DNA from: the human T2T-CHM13v2.0 reference genome, Homo sapiens
DNA length: 64,000 bases
Strand: one strand, 5' to 3'
Assembly: GCF_009914755.1 (NCBI RefSeq)
Contig: NC_060929.1
The notes below the pieces were generated by a model. The model had not been told where the DNA came from. It saw only the letters and a list, made by a program, of their open reading frames with translations, and searched no databases. The translations under genes were made by a program, and so were the position numbers. The stretch's first letter is position 1; every line of letters begins with the position of its first letter. Positions 43,339 through 57,780 of this stretch are shown piece after piece.

Positions 43339-46127
43339 CACCCGAGTTAGGGTGCAAGTCATGGCTAACATCCTCCTCCTGCCCCTTCCCTGGAGCACGT
43401 ACCTCATGCTGCTCCTCCCACTCTTGAGCACAATCCCAGTTGCCTCTGACTTACAACTTTGCATCACAGTCGGGCACTGAGATCAGGAGTTTTGAAAATG
43501 GCCAGGAGATCTTCTGTGTTGACTGCCTCTCCACTCATTTGGGCTGCTCTAAGGAGCTTGTTTAGTACCTGGAGGAGCTATAACCCACTGCACATACCCA
43601 GTGTCTTTAGTTCATCATACAGGGTCATAGTTTTGAGGACATCCCAAGTTTTTAAAATCGGAGTATTTCATCTAAAACTGTAAATGTACGACTTATCACA
43701 AAAAAAGACCTGTCATTCCATAGGGCAAAAAATCATCTTGAGTTGAGTAGCAGCTGTACACATAAGAAGGGATGGGTGACTCGTAGTTCAGCACATCCCC
43801 GTGGGTCCTCTGCACTCACTTGGATGGGCCACCTGAGCCCTGAGTACAGCAGAGTTGAGGCTCCTGCTGTAACTGCCAGTAAGCTACCAACAGGTACATT
43901 TGTTCCTCTCTTTCTTCTCCTCTTCGGTCTAATAAACCCTAAGGAACATCTTCTAGGGGGAAAAAACATGCGATGGTTTACAAACAGTGAAAGAGCAATC
44001 TGACAGCTCAAATCTCTGGTTATGTCTATCAATGCCACCTTCTATAGGCTGTAGCTGACCAAAGCAATGTCAGCAGCCTGGGACCCACTTAACCCTCTTG
44101 ATTTGGGTGGGCCATGGATGAAGCAAAGCTATGAATGTACAGTCAATTTCTCTACGAAAGCCAAAACTATTGCTGTATTCATTCACCAGTTGCTTTTGTT
44201 TGTAGAATGGAAGTGAATGTAGTTAGCAGACCCAACAGTCAAAATGGCACAGTCTGAAGTCCATGCACACGAATCTTTTATGGCCTGACTTCTCCCGGGA
44301 ACTTAAGTAAATTCCCTGAGCTTGTGACCTTCCACTGGACACAATACAAAGGGTCGTTATTTGCTTGATTCTCATGCTTGAAGAAAAAAAAAAAAGAAGG
44401 AAGTCCAGATGAAAGTTAAAAATAGGGCATGTGAATTTAGTGCAAGTTTCCCTGGGATCATAAGTCTGGTAAAGAGAAAAAAAGAAGGAAGAAAAAATAG
44501 ACGCCAATAGATGTGAGCTTCCAGGAAGAATGTTATTTGCTCACAAATATTTATCCAGAGAACTCCTCAGACTAATTCCTCATTAACAAGTGTCCTGGAA
44601 TGCAGGTGGAATTCATCAGAGCAGCCTCAAAGGAAACTTGAGAGCTGAACTCAGAAAAATCCCCAGCGTAGAGACATTTTTCCTGCTCTGTGCGACTTTC
44701 CCAATTGCTCTTCTCCTTGTTACTGAGTGTCTTTTTAATAATACCTAGAATACACAGGCACACACACACATATATACATCCCCCACACATCCCCCATACG
44801 TATGCCTGGCTTTCTGGAAGTTAGAATTTCGTTTTGGGTCATATGGCTGAGACAGAAAAGAATAAGCACGCAGTTCCCAAATTCCGTGTGTCCATAGTAA
44901 GAGGGGACCCTTCTTCTTTGCAGATATGATTCACTTATAATAAACAAAGAGTGTTTTCTATAATTTTGTCTGTGGGGAGGGTTAAATCTAAACTTCCAAC
45001 CCTGTCTCAGAAGCATTATTCCAATCAGGGAATTATATCACAGGTGGAGACGTGTCCCTGGGAAAGAAAGCATCTGCTTCCATGCAAATGTCATCAGTAA
45101 TAAAGAAAGATGGGGAAGCCATGTGATCCAGGAATTGGATCGTGTCCATATTAGGTCTGCTTTTCAGTTGTAAAAACAGTAAGTTACCCTCAATTATTCT
45201 TATGCACTGGGTGAAAACCTTTTTTTAGCTTTACCAGGTTCCAGAAAGAGGCAAGAGCACTTGGCAAAGGCTTTAGAAAATGATTGTTTCTTAATTCTGC
45301 TACAAACTCCAAATGCCACTTCCTGGTTCAGAAGCAAGAGGCTTGGGGGAAAATAAGTTTGAGCTCATAAAAACACTCAAAGGGTATACTGGTCATCAAA
45401 CAGCTCTGAGCAAACTGTATTTGCAAATGAATCTGAAAACATGTGGATTCAATTTTCCTTGAAATGCCCAGAGGTTAAAAAATTAAAGGGAAAATGTTTG
45501 GCAGAAAGAGCCTGGGGTTTGGCTATGTGCATTAGTTTCTGAAAAATAAATTGATTGTTTTGCCAGGGAACAAGTATTACCTGGTTCCCCTTCTCAATCA
45601 CATCTCTAACTTAATTATCAATGGCCCCATTTCTCATTGTGCCTGCAACGTGGACAAAAGAGTTGAGTTCATTTGGCAAGAAAGCAAATTTTATTCATTG
45701 CCAGTGTGTTCTTGTGTGTGGCCGACCCAGAATTTCAGAACTGTCATGGGTTTCAACTCTAGTAACATTGTGGCAAGAAAACCATCTGCTAGCAAAATTG
45801 TTTCTTCTCTGCCCATTGCATCCCATCTGCCTTCACCCATCAAAATTTACCCCTCTTTTTCCTTTCTCCAATCCACCAAAATAATACCTTTATTATGACC
45901 AAATAAACAGAGGCAAATATGGAAGTGCTTTAGAGCAAATCCAAATTGTTTTAAAAGATCATGAAAATGGAGTGGGTGGGGGAAAATTCCATCTGTGGAA
46001 AAGCAGTGATTAGCCTTAAGACCATGTGAGGCCAACGGCACAGAGTCCCATTTACGAGATGATGTGTGTTGCCCGTAAGTGGCTGTTCCTGGTCTCTGAG
46101 GTAGCAAAGTTGTCACATGGTTCTGTT

Positions 46128-46141
46128 GTTGCCATGGCAAT
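46128..46141. promoter_or_regulatory. Near-perfect palindromic RFX X-box
   Basis: GTTGCCATGGCAAT vs consensus GTTGCCATGGCAAC, in repeat-poor DNA. Confidence 0.5.
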
Positions 46142-49100
46142 AATCTGCAATTGTGCAGAAAATCCACAGAACTCGTGAGCAACTCCTTAGTGGATTGGGC
46201 TGAAAGAAAATCAAACCCGTGAAAGCCCTGAATTGATGTGGTTATGAAAGCGCATTGGCCAAGCTGGCTTTCCTTCCTCTGACCCCCATCTAACTATGGT
46301 GAACGCCCTCGTGTATGTATATTTTTCTCACTTCTGTGTTCATAACCGGTGAAAGGTATAAATCCTACTCAGCTCGGGATAAGCCTCAGCTCACTCCTTA
46401 AAATTCTGAACACACAGTCTGTAATCTACAAGGTGGGAATTGTGGCTTTTTTTGGCTGCTGGAACTTCTTGACCCCAGACTAGCATTGAGGACCAATGCC
46501 TGATTTGTACATCTAGGTGAAACAACATTTTAAACACATTAGGGTCTCCCCAAGCCCAGGTGGGTGTTTTCCCCCCGGCAGAGGCCCCGAGAATATGCTG
46601 GGCAGGCAAGTGAAGCTCTGAGGATGTGTTGCTCCTGGGTAGCTTGGCAACAGAGTATACACACATGTACAACACACCCATCTGAAGGCATGCCAATACT
46701 CCCTGCCTTTAAGCTAGCTAATACAAACCATGCCCAAAATACAGCCGGGAAACGGAGGGTAGGTGGCATTTCCCCCTCCTGCAGGGAAATGCTGCATGAC
46801 ATGCATAGATGCTGTATGACATTTATGCATGTATCAGCAGTCAACCCCAAATAGTTGAGGGCATGAATGAGTGCGGGGGCCCCTGACAGAAAACTGAGCA
46901 GGAAGAGAAGCCAGACAAATCACTGTCATGGTCCAAAGAACAGTGAGAATCCCATGGGAATGCAGCTTCCAAGCAGATCCCATGAGAACATCTGGGATGA
47001 AGACACTCACGCCAGGCCCTAAACCCAGATTCATTAGTAAGAGTGCGGCATTTCTTCTCATTTTTAAATTTATCTTCTCATACACCACAAGTATGATTTT
47101 CTTGCCTTCTGCACATTTTCTTACCGGGAGTAGGAAAAGGATGGTGGAGAATGAACATTAAGCTGTACATTGAGGTGCTTTCTCCCGGATACCTTCTCAT
47201 TTGGGGTTACTCAACTACAAGCAACAGAAACTCATTCTGCCTAATTTAAGCAGAGAGGAAGGTGACATAGGAGAGTGAAGGGCTTGTGGGTATGGTCAAG
47301 TATTGAGAATTAGGATAAGAAATGGAGAGGAAACCAATAGCTTAGGGGTTTAGATAGCAAGAGAGAGAGAAAAAAAATCTGATCATAGTTTCCCACTAGA
47401 AACTTTAGCTTCAACTATTTTTCTTTTCTGACATCTTTCTCGAGAGTCAAAGTTTTTGGGAAAAAAAGTCCAGATGGCCTAATTTGGATCACGACTCCAA
47501 TTCTTTCTTGGTGGGGATGGGGATGTGTGGGAGGAGAAAACGGAGAATATAACCCTTAACTAAGAGTCTCATCGAGATTCCACAGAGTGGGAGGGAGAGA
47601 ATTTTTCAAAACAAAAATTAAGGTGCATTTATGGAAGGGGATTGTATACTGTGATGGATGGTCGTGGTGTTGGCATGAGAAGAGAGAATCCAACAATAAA
47701 TCTTGGAGGGAAAGTTGCAAGATGGAAATGCCAATCATTCTATTCATGTTAGTGTGCCTGTGCAGAGATAGGCTAAGCAAAACTGGAACAGAGATGTAGT
47801 AGATGGAGAGAGAGTGAGAGAACTAGTCTAGAAAACATTTTGTTTGCCATCCTCTTCCTGAAAGAATCAAGAAGAAAGACAACAACCTGATTTGACACCA
47901 GCTATGCTAATGGGGCAGACTTCCTGCTAGTCAAAGCTCCCCGTTAATGTCCACTTCTCAGCGTGTCTGATTATGGGTTGAAGTTGACCGATCAGCAAAC
48001 TACTCAATTATAAGCCCATCTTCTCCCTGTGGTGCCACTAATTAAAACAGGAACCATGTTGCAGCTCACACACTCCATGGAGTTCTACCTTCCAAAAGCT
48101 GAATTAGTCACAACAATTAGCCATTGTCAGTGGAATTCAGCCTCTTTCTTCCTTTCCTCAACCCCACTCCAGTTTGGTGTAAATTCATCTCTGAAAAACC
48201 TTCTCTTGGGATTAGTGATCTCCCTGATACCCTTCATGTGAGATAGAAGCACACGTGGTAGGAGATTTGAAACACAACCCCAAAATGCAGCTATGTGGAA
48301 ATCTCAATGTTCTGGAATGCCCTGACCTTTTGTCCTGCTAATCATCATTTTTTTCCCCTGAAATCACATCTTGAAGGGTATTCCTGCATGCACTTAATTT
48401 TTAAGAGGGGAGAGAGGAAAAAAAAACCAACATGGATCAGTACCCTTCCAATAGAAGGAGAGCTGTTCTGCAGACAGCTGGGACAAACTGTAATCTTTTT
48501 TCTTTTTCTGTCTTGATAAACATAATGGGCCACTTTGGTAATTTCAGCTGTAAATGCACTTCTCTCTAACAGGACGATGTTTCCCAGTGCAGAAGAGGAG
48601 AGAGAAAAGATGTTGAGAATCACTGTGATGACAGGATAGAGGTATAGGGGCTTGCTACATAGCCACAGAGCACATCCCAAACTCACTTGAACATGAAGCC
48701 CATGGCTTCTTGACCAGAGAGAGGAACTTCTGTAAACTGTTGAAGGTCCAGTTCAAATCTCCATTAGTATTGAAATCAATATCCCTGGCTGGAAACAAGA
48801 TGACATTTCTGGCTTTCTTCCAAAGGGACTGCCAATTAACCTCCAGTGGAAAGCTCCCTGCCCACACTTCTCTTAATGTCCCTTCTTCCCTGAAAAGAGG
48901 CAACTCTAGATGCTCTTGCCTTTTTATACAAATTTTTCCATTCAGCATTTGATAGCTCCATTGTTTTCTTCCCCAAATGAAACGAAGCAGAAGTTTCTCT
49001 ATCAAAATATTTTCTTCTCAAAACAGCTGTGCACACTTAAAAGTTTCTAAGAAAATCAGTTTGCACACAATTGTAGAGGAGCAGACCAACCTCAGAGTCA

Positions 49101-49582
49101 TTGCATAAATTCAGTATTGTTAAGTGAGAATAGAACATATCTAAATGTTCCATGGATCACAGTGGTTAAGTGCCTCAACAATGGAGTCAAAAAGACTTCA
49201 GTTTCAATTCTGAAATCACAATTAATATTTTGCATTTTGGACAAAACTTCTGAGTATGTGGCCAGTCAACATGGGTAAGAGGGAAGGGATTTCTGGAGCT
49301 CTGGGTCTCCTGTGTCATGCTTTCAGAGCACCTGCACTGGGCTCCTGACAATCTGTGTGCCTCCATCTTGGCCAGACCTCTCTGCCCCTTTGTTCCCACC
49401 ACTTGTCTTTGATAGGGTCATGTCTTCAGTTCCACTTCCTTTACCTTGGGCAGGCTGTCCAAGATGGGGTATGGAGAAGAGCTGCAGATGACTTAGAAAA
49501 TCCAACTTATTTATCAAGTTTCTTTATCCCACATGGTTTCAGCCAAAATTAGAAGGTACCTGTTGCATGACAAAATGGAGCA

Positions 49583-49584
<2 letters not shown>

Positions 49585-49631
<47 letters not shown>
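49585..49631. repeat. (CA)n microsatellite
   Basis: About 18 pure CA units plus a short degenerate tail. Confidence 0.95.
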
Positions 49632-50549
49632 AGCTATACTGTTACACACCGACACACAGACACATGCTGACAGGAAACACTCAACGACTACCTACTTATT
49701 AACTCTTGATGAGACATCTTAGAAATGAAGATTATTTTGTTTACCTCACATTATAGATTGATTTAGGATAGGGTGAAAATTGATATCAGTCAAAGCTCAG
49801 GTCAGTTTACGGAGGGAGAGATGGAGTCTGCTGGTGGGCAGTTACTAGAGTGCTTTTCTGACAGCCCACACTCCAAGCAGGGAACAAGACTTGGCTGAGC
49901 TAATGAGGATGCTAGAAGGCAGGGAAGAGGGATACTAGGGAGACGGTGGGTGGGTGGAGAGCAGGAAATGGCATGGCCGGCTCTTACACAGGCTCATGTT
50001 GCTTGCTGTCATATACAATAAATCTGCTCCAAATGTTAAGAGCAATTAAATAAGAGAGAGAATACAAATGTGGAAAAAAGCTATTGTAATTGGATATTCC
50101 AGAGCTTGAGACTCAGGCATAATGTTTTTATAATAGTGTATATAAGAGTCTTCTCTTCAATAGCCTAACAAGGATTAAGTAATTGAAAAACATTATTTCA
50201 AAATATTTTCTGGGTTGGATCTTATGTTCCAGCATCTCAAATACACACATTTCCAGTTATGAGAATCTGTCATGTTAGGACAATGAGATCCAGCCTGCAG
50301 AACATCTGGCTTCAACCAATGTTCTCAATCTTTTGTTTTTATAAGCAATAAATGTAGAGGGCCAGGTTTGTGTGCTTGGGTGATTTGATTCACTGAATGC
50401 ACACATAATTTTGGCCACTTGTTATGACTAGTGGTCAGAGGTACCTGACTTCAATCCTTAATTGTTAAAATCATTTTGTTCTTTTCATTTAGTTACCTAA
50501 GTTTTATTTTAGGGCCCTGGTGTCTACGTAATATGCTGTCATAGGTCAT

Positions 50550-51030
50550 GATTCAGTCATTTACAAAAATACTTATTGAGAACCAACCATAAGGCAAGCT
50601 CACTACTCTCACAAGCTTACAGTCCAGCAGGGGACAGACATGACACAAATCAATACCTAAATGGTTACTTGATTACAATTGTGAAGAGTGCCTCAGAGTA
50701 GAAGAATGAGATGCCATCGGGGAGATGCTCAACTGGCCTGAAAGTCAAGCAAGTTGTCTCTGAAAAAAAGCAACATTTAGACCAATAGCTGACTTGGTCA
50801 AGTGAAAAAAGAAGAGGTGGAAGGAAGGAAGGGTATTCCAGAGAGAGGGGCCAGTATGTGCAAAGGCCTAGAGGCAGAAGGGAAGAGATGTATTAAGATT
50901 TGAGGAACTGGAGAAAGACCACTATGGTGGGATTGTGGGGCACTTTGGAGAGATTGGCAGATGAGAGTGAGGAGGCAGGCAGAGTCTGTGCTGAGGATGA
51001 AGGTATTGGGGGACCTAAACTTTGTTCTCA
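50550..51030 (-). mobile_element. L2 fragment
   Basis: AATACTTATTGAG...AAGCTTACAGTCCAG...GTGCAAAGGCCTAGAGG...TTTGAGGAACTG. Confidence 0.7.
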
Positions 51031-52464
51031 AAGGTGCAATAGAGAGTAACTTGTTGATTAAGCTCTCAGAAAATATTTATAGAATGTATAATCACTCCTT
51101 GCAGTTTATTCTCACTGCTGGCAAAAGAGAAAAATAAACACTATTCAGAGTTTGTTCTACTCATGGTGAGTTGGCACAAAGGACAATGCATTTCTTTCAT
51201 CAACGTTTTCCAAATTTCAGTCTTTTTGACCATAATGATTTTTGCTGCGCCTTCCTAACACCCATATCCTAGTTGATATGATACTCTTCTTTAAACAAAA
51301 TCATCTTCTTTCTTATACATATTTACTTACAAAAGGAACTTTAAATCACTGCTACAAATGGAAAGTCAGTACTACCTGCCATAAATGGAAGGTAACCATA
51401 CAAATAAATAGAATGGTAAAGAAGACAATGTTATCACATACTTGAGAGTCACTGTTAGTCTACTGGAGTTCTCAGCCCATGGCCTCCTCTTTATTATATA
51501 AAAAGAGAGATTAACAAAAGATAAAATGGGGAAGATATACTAATCCCAAACCGAGACGTTTTTCTTTTCTGACTCCACCAACTGGTTTCAAATAGAATTA
51601 AAAAGAAAGCAATGTTCTCACTGTGCAATATAATGTAAGTGATGTCAAGTCAGTGTGCCACATTAAAAAATTCACAAACCACTGATGGCACGTGGCCCAT
51701 ATTTTGGGAAACAGAATTATTTCCTAGATAGTAAATGTAAGCCCAAAGCATATAGTCTTAATTCATTGAACGAAGGAAGGCCAGCCTTTGCCATGGCAGT
51801 GAACGTGAACCTCACTTTTTGGAAATGAAGTAGACATTTGATAAACTAGGTAACTTTTCTTGCAGACAAACATTATGATGGACAAAAATATCAGTGATGC
51901 TTTATCTGGATCAGGATTTGGCCCAGGTTAACCTTGAGAATAAGCTGACCATCCAGAGAGAGTAGCCTCAGAATGAATCCCATCATAGAGCCAGGCAGAC
52001 GGAGGGCTGATGTCACAGCATCTAGGGTGGATAGGATTGTGGGGACCATTCTTAGAGGTCAAGTGGAGTCTGACAGCAGCCACAGGAGGCCTGTAACCAG
52101 TATGAGATAGACAAGCTCTTATGATTGTTGATGCCATGTTATCATTGTAAACAGAGTTGCCGACTTGTCACTGGCATCAGCAGAGTCAAGTTGTTGGCAG
52201 CAGGAACTGGGATTCAAAGCCTCAATTCACATCCTGGGGAGGGCTTGTGAAAGCCAAGCAAAACCTGGGTCCCAGAGGCAATGGCTTATGAGACTTCTAC
52301 TCAGACAGATACTGAGGCACTAGGGGAATGAAAAGAAAGACTCAGTCATTGAATCTGTAGGCATTTGGCCACCCCGAATGAAGCAGGAGTTCTATAGCCC
52401 TTGAAACAAAGACTCTCAATATAGAGGAGAGTCTGGCTGGGCATTAGTTTCTAGAAGCACAACG

Positions 52465-52655
52465 TAACCGGTTCAGACCCTGAATCTGCAATGAACCCAC
52501 CGCATTGGTATCACTTGGGAACTTATTAGAGAATCTACTTCTCTGGCCCCATCACAGACCACTGCACCAGAAACTCTGGGAGTGAGGTCCAGCAATCTGT
52601 GTTTTAATAAGCCCTCCAGATGATTCTGTGCATGCTAAAATTTGAGAGCTACTGA
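52465..52655. mobile_element. MER5A MITE
   Basis: ATCACTTGGGAACTTATTAGA...CAGAAACTCTGGG...AAGCCCTCCAGATGATTCTG...TTTGAGAGCTACTG. Confidence 0.8.
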
Positions 52656-53554
52656 TCCAGAGGAAGCGATGAGAGCAAGTGCGTAGACTTAGGGAAGAAC
52701 AGGGCTGCTTCCTTGGTGGGAAAGGAACATGCAGGTGTGCCCTCTGTTCAGCATACCAGTTAAGACATTGTCCACCTCCTGTACTGATTTCTCTTTTCTG
52801 GGTAATGGCATCTCACATTTTAGCAGTTACTTTCTCTGCCCTGCTACTGTCTGTATATACACAGATAAACATAGTTGCAACATGTAGTCATAGGACTCTC
52901 TCAGTAATCACTTTTAGTTTTTATCTATTTTTTCTTTTAGGTAGGCACTTTTGAAAGAATTTAAATACATCTCATAATTTATCTACTGTGGTGGGTAATT
53001 TGTGAACATCTTTTAAGGTGTTTGGTTTGTTTTGTCTTAAAGCAAGGGCTTCTCTGTATTGTGCCAAGCCTAATAAGAAACTCAATGCTTGTCCAGTGTT
53101 CAAGAGGATAGCCTGCCTGCTTCTTCTCCCTCACCATCCATAATGCAGATGTGGAATAGGTTTGGTGAGGAGGATGATTTTGCAGCAAAGACCTTGGTAG
53201 AGGGAGGCAGCAGGAGGAGGTAGCATTATGACCACAAGATGACTGCTAGCAATAGCTGAAGTTATTGCTTCCTTGCTCACATCCAGCAAGGGAGGGAAAG
53301 GAATGTCTCTTTGAACCAGTCTTACTGGACCAACATGGGTCATATACTCTCCCCTAGAATGATAACATGCATTGATTGGCTATTTTACAGAAGTCTGAAT
53401 TTTTGAACCAATCACTAGCATCTGATTATAATGATCAGTTAGCCAAATCAGGGACTTCCTCCTGAACTTGGTGTCAACTCCTCCTGAGTTTTTTGGGCTG
53501 AGTTTGAGAGAAAGATGAAACAAAGAAAAGGAGGGCCAAATCTGTTCACTCCAG

Positions 53555-53750
53555 TTTTCTACTGTGCTAAGCATTTTTCATTCATTTTTGTATTTGATCT
53601 TTACAACCAGCCTAAGAGGTTGCTCTTTTTACAGATAAGGAAGATGAAATTCAGAGAAGCTGAATAACTGACTTGCTCTATATCACCACCAAGGTTGACA
53701 GAACCAGTGTGCAGATTCAGGTCCAAGAGACACTAGAGGCCTGCTCTTCA
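53555..53750 (-). mobile_element. MIR SINE
   Basis: TTTTACAGATAAGGAAGATGAAATTCAGAGAAGCTGAATAACT. Confidence 0.65.
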
Positions 53751-54839
53751 CCTCCTTGTTGCCTGGTTAGCCACTGTATATGGAGGGGAGCCTACATTTT
53801 AGCTTCACATGCAGGGTGTTCAGGGATCCTGGCACTAGCCCAGCGAGGTGGACTCATTTTTACCCCATGCTGAGGAATAATGGGAAAACTCTGGAAAGAA
53901 CTTGAGCACAGCTCTCAGGTTTCCACGGTTATTTGTCTGTTGTTACCAAACACTAAAGACTTTAAAAATTCTCTATGGTCATATAGGAAAGAAAAATGAC
54001 CTCATGCTTGCAACCACAAATTCAAAATGCTCTGGAATCTGTAAGACGAACTGCATTTTAATTAGAAAAGAGAAAGAGCAATGAAGACTTTTATTGGATA
54101 TTTTTGCAAACCCTCCCTTGCCTTGCCTTCAGGCCAAAATGTGACAAGTGCCCTAAATCTGATAACAAACACACACTTCTGAAGTCATTGTTAGCTTTCC
54201 TAAAAAGAAAAAAAGAGTCACATTAGTTTTCTGTTACCAATAAGAGTTCAAGAATGCAGTCTTAAAATAAAGCACATGACAACACAAGGAGTATCCTCCA
54301 TCACACTTCAAAAAGTAAAAATGGAGCTCTCAACCCATTTTCCTCTCTGCTTAGAAACTTTTTTTGTTATGTCAGGTCCTCAGAACCTTGAGCCAGGCAA
54401 TATTAAAAAGCCTTGTGGTTTATTCCTAAAATCTGGTCATTGATTATTGTCAATGCATTATTCTCAACCACTGGGTCCAACTTCCTAGCTGAAGATGAAG
54501 TTTTCCCAACTGACAGTGGAGAGAAATAATAGAATATCAAAGAGCTACCATGTCCCATGATTTGAAAATAGAAACTCTTGGCCTTTGACACAGTAGCTGT
54601 TTAATTAAAGGGTGGTGGCAGGCAAAGGAAAGGAGAGATCTCTTATATGTTATATGCTTACTATAAGGCACATGCTTTATTGACAACCTTATATGAATTA
54701 TCTCATTCAATACTCTCAACAAACCAGTGTAATTGTTATTCTAGTTTATAGATAAGCATACTAATATCTGGAAAAGTTAATTACCTATATATAAGTTATA
54801 ATGACTTCAACTGCAAGTAGGAGAATATATAGCTGAGAA

Positions 54840-55517
54840 TTTTTTTTTTTAATTATACTTTAAGTTTTGGGTACATGTGCAGAACATGCTGGTTTGTTAC
54901 ATAGGTATACAAGTGCCATGGTGGTTTGCTGCACTCATCAACCCGTCACCTACATTAGGTATTTCTCCTAATGCTATCCCTCCCTTAGCCACTCACCCCC
55001 CAACAGGCCCCGGTGTGTGATGTTCCCCTCCCTGTGTCCATGTGTTCTCATTATTCAACTCCCACTTATGAGTGAGAACATGTGGTGTTTGGTTTTCTGT
55101 ACCTGTGTTAGTTTGCTGAGAATGATGGTTTCCAGCTTCATCCATGTCCCTGCAAATGACATGAACTCATCCCTTTTTCATGGCTGCATAGTATTCCATG
55201 GTGTATATGTGCCACATTTTCTTTACCCAGTCTATTGCTGATGGACATTTGGGTTGCTTCCAAGTCTTTGCTATTGTGAATAGTGCCACACTAAACATAC
55301 GTGTGCATGTGTCTTTATAGTAGAATGATTTATAATCCTTGGGGTATACACCCAGTAATGAGATTGCTGGCTCAAATGGTATTTCTAGTTCTAGATCCTT
55401 GAGGAATCACCACACTGTCTTCCACAACGGTTGAACTAATTTACACTCTCACCAACAGTGTAAAAGCATTCCTATTTCTTCACATCCTCTCCAGCATCTG
55501 TTTTTTCCTGACTTTTT
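54840..55517 (-). mobile_element. 5'-truncated L1PA 3' end (approx. L1PA7-8)
   Basis: Poly(T) then ATTATACTTTAAGTTTTGGGTACATGTGCAGAAC...CTCCCACTTATGAGTGAGAACATG...TCCTGACTTTT. Confidence 0.92.
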
Positions 55518-55524
55518 GTTAAAG

Positions 55525-55758
55525 CAAGACTCTGTAAATTTTTTTTGGAAAGGGCCAGATAGTACACATTTTAGACTCGGGACTGGGGGCTGTGGGTGTA
55601 AGGTCTCTGTAAAGCTAACCTAACTCTGGCATTGTAGCATAAACATATCCATAGATAATATGTAAACAAAAGATGTGGCCATGTTCTAATAAAACTTTAT
55701 TTATAAGAGCAGACATTGTGCTGGGTTTGGCCCTTCGGTTGCAGTTTGCCAAACATTG
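55525..55758. mobile_element. MER58A hAT-Charlie MITE
   Basis: AAAGGGCCAGATAGT...AATAAAACTTTATTTA...GCAGTTTGCCAA. Confidence 0.75.
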
Positions 55759-57047
55759 GCTTTAAGCAATGCTTCTTAAACTATCTGCAACAAATACCAG
55801 TTAATTTTTCCTCTAATTTCCAATATATCATAGATTGATACTTTCATAAACTATAATAAAATGAATTCATAGAAAATGAAACAAAGAAAATATTTACATT
55901 CATTTTAAAAAAATTTTTAGAATCAATAGCCATAATATTACCCATCATATTGCTAGAAAAGTTCATAAACAATTATGATTTCTGTGCTTCACTCAATGTG
56001 GACCAGTAACAAATGCTTCATGGAATCACACCATGCTATGATTGATACTCTGAGTAGCTATGCTTTAAGGATCAGAATATTTCTCACTGAACAATAAACC
56101 CTCGAGGTGGGCAGTTCTGAATGTTTAGCCATGTTCTCAAGGACCCAGTCTTCTTTCATCTCTCCATTTTGTGATGCTCCACATTCGTCTCTCTTCCAGG
56201 TTCAAGATGGGGGGCCCCTGTTATTGCATCTTCACACATGATGTCCAAAGCAGGAAGACAGGAAGAGAAGCAAAAAGGGATTTCTTCTTTGGCTACTATC
56301 TCTTTTATTGAGCAGGATAAACCTGCCTCAGCAGACTGCTCCTATGTTTCACTGACTGTGAGTCACATGATTCATACCTACACAAGTCACTAGGAAAGAG
56401 CAGTAGAGATGCCACAGTTGCCTTAGCCTGGCTGGATTTGTTCCCTCAGGCTGGACCCAGAACCACCTGATAAAACTCAGGATTTAACAAACTAAGAAGG
56501 ATGCCAGCTCCAGGAATGGGCTTAAGGAAACCTATCTATTTGCTTAAGGATTGAGCTTGCCGTCCTGATCCAGCCAACTCACCAACTGTGCTCCTTCCAT
56601 TCCAGTATTCTCTCCCAGGAAAAAATTTTTCTTCTACTATGGTTCTGGCTTTGTGATCTGTGTACATTTAATCATTCGTGCAGAGCTTTAAAATTTATAG
56701 TGTGCTTCCATGTGTATTATAAAATTTGAATGTTAATTTTACAACGTGTTTGTACCAATTTTATCGCAGAGGACAGAATTTAGGCCTAGGGATGATGTCT
56801 AAAATCATGCCACAAGATGTGGTAACATCAGAACCCTGGCTCAGGGCTTCTGACACTTTTCAGTGAGTTCTTCTTGAGGTATTTGGCGCCATTTGCTCTG
56901 TACTGATCAGAGCATCAAAATCAGCAGGATCAAAACAACAGCCAGCCAATCTAGGCAAAATCATTGTACAGACAATCATTGGTGTGAACTGACTGATCGT
57001 GCCAATAGAATTGACCCTCTTGATTGTATGGATATGGACATTCTCAT

Positions 57048-57191
57048 GTAGGTAGCCAAGTGTCCTGGTGTACTTGGGACTGAGGGGCTTCCCAGAATGT
57101 GGGACTTCCAGGTTTCAAACCAGAACGGTCCCAGTTTTCAATTTTAGAACAGGAGAAGTCCCAAGAAAACCAGGGCAAGTTGGTCCCCTTA
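57048..57191. mobile_element. MER94-like hAT MITE
   Basis: GGGACTGAGGGGCTTCCCAGAATGTGGGACTT...AAACCAGGGCAAGTTGGTCCCCT. Confidence 0.65.
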
Positions 57192-57567
57192 GTCTCAGCC
57201 TCTATCTGCTACCAAACTGTGCTTTCCTGCATTCTTTGCCCTACGAAGTTCACAAGCTCCCAGTTTTCTTAGCAAACCAACAATGTGTCTACTTTTGTTT
57301 TGTAAATGACTTTTTCACATTTAAAATATCTAAATTAAGAGAGCCACAGGTATATGTTAGATATTCTTTGCTTCTTCCACAGTTGAGAATTTCCATGGGA
57401 AATTAGTAGAAATAGTTTTCCTTGGTTGTGAGGAAATGCATGCAGGAAGACCTTGTAAATTTTATTTCTTTTCTTTTTCTGCTACCAAGCCCAATGCAGG
57501 CACTTGGCAGCCAATGTCAGCAGTTAACCAGTTGAGTTGAATATATTTAAAGATGTTCCATCCCCTC

Positions 57568-57780
57568 CACTGGTTCTCTATAGCTGGTCTTGGACAGTCT
57601 GTTAGAAATCATCTAGGACTCTTTAAAAATAAAAACTGCCTGGGCTCTCCCCTGGGCCTATATTGGGCAGGAGGTGGGTAGGTAAGGGAATATGGAATGG
57701 GTTTGGGGCCCAGGGACTTGCGCTTTTCACAAAGTTCCCCATGTAATTCCTGACATGCTGCCAGCTTCACAAGCAACTGG
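57568..57780. mobile_element. MER5-family MITE
   Basis: TGGTTCTC...GAAATCATCTAGG...GGGGCCCAGGGA...GTAATTCCTGA. Confidence 0.5.
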
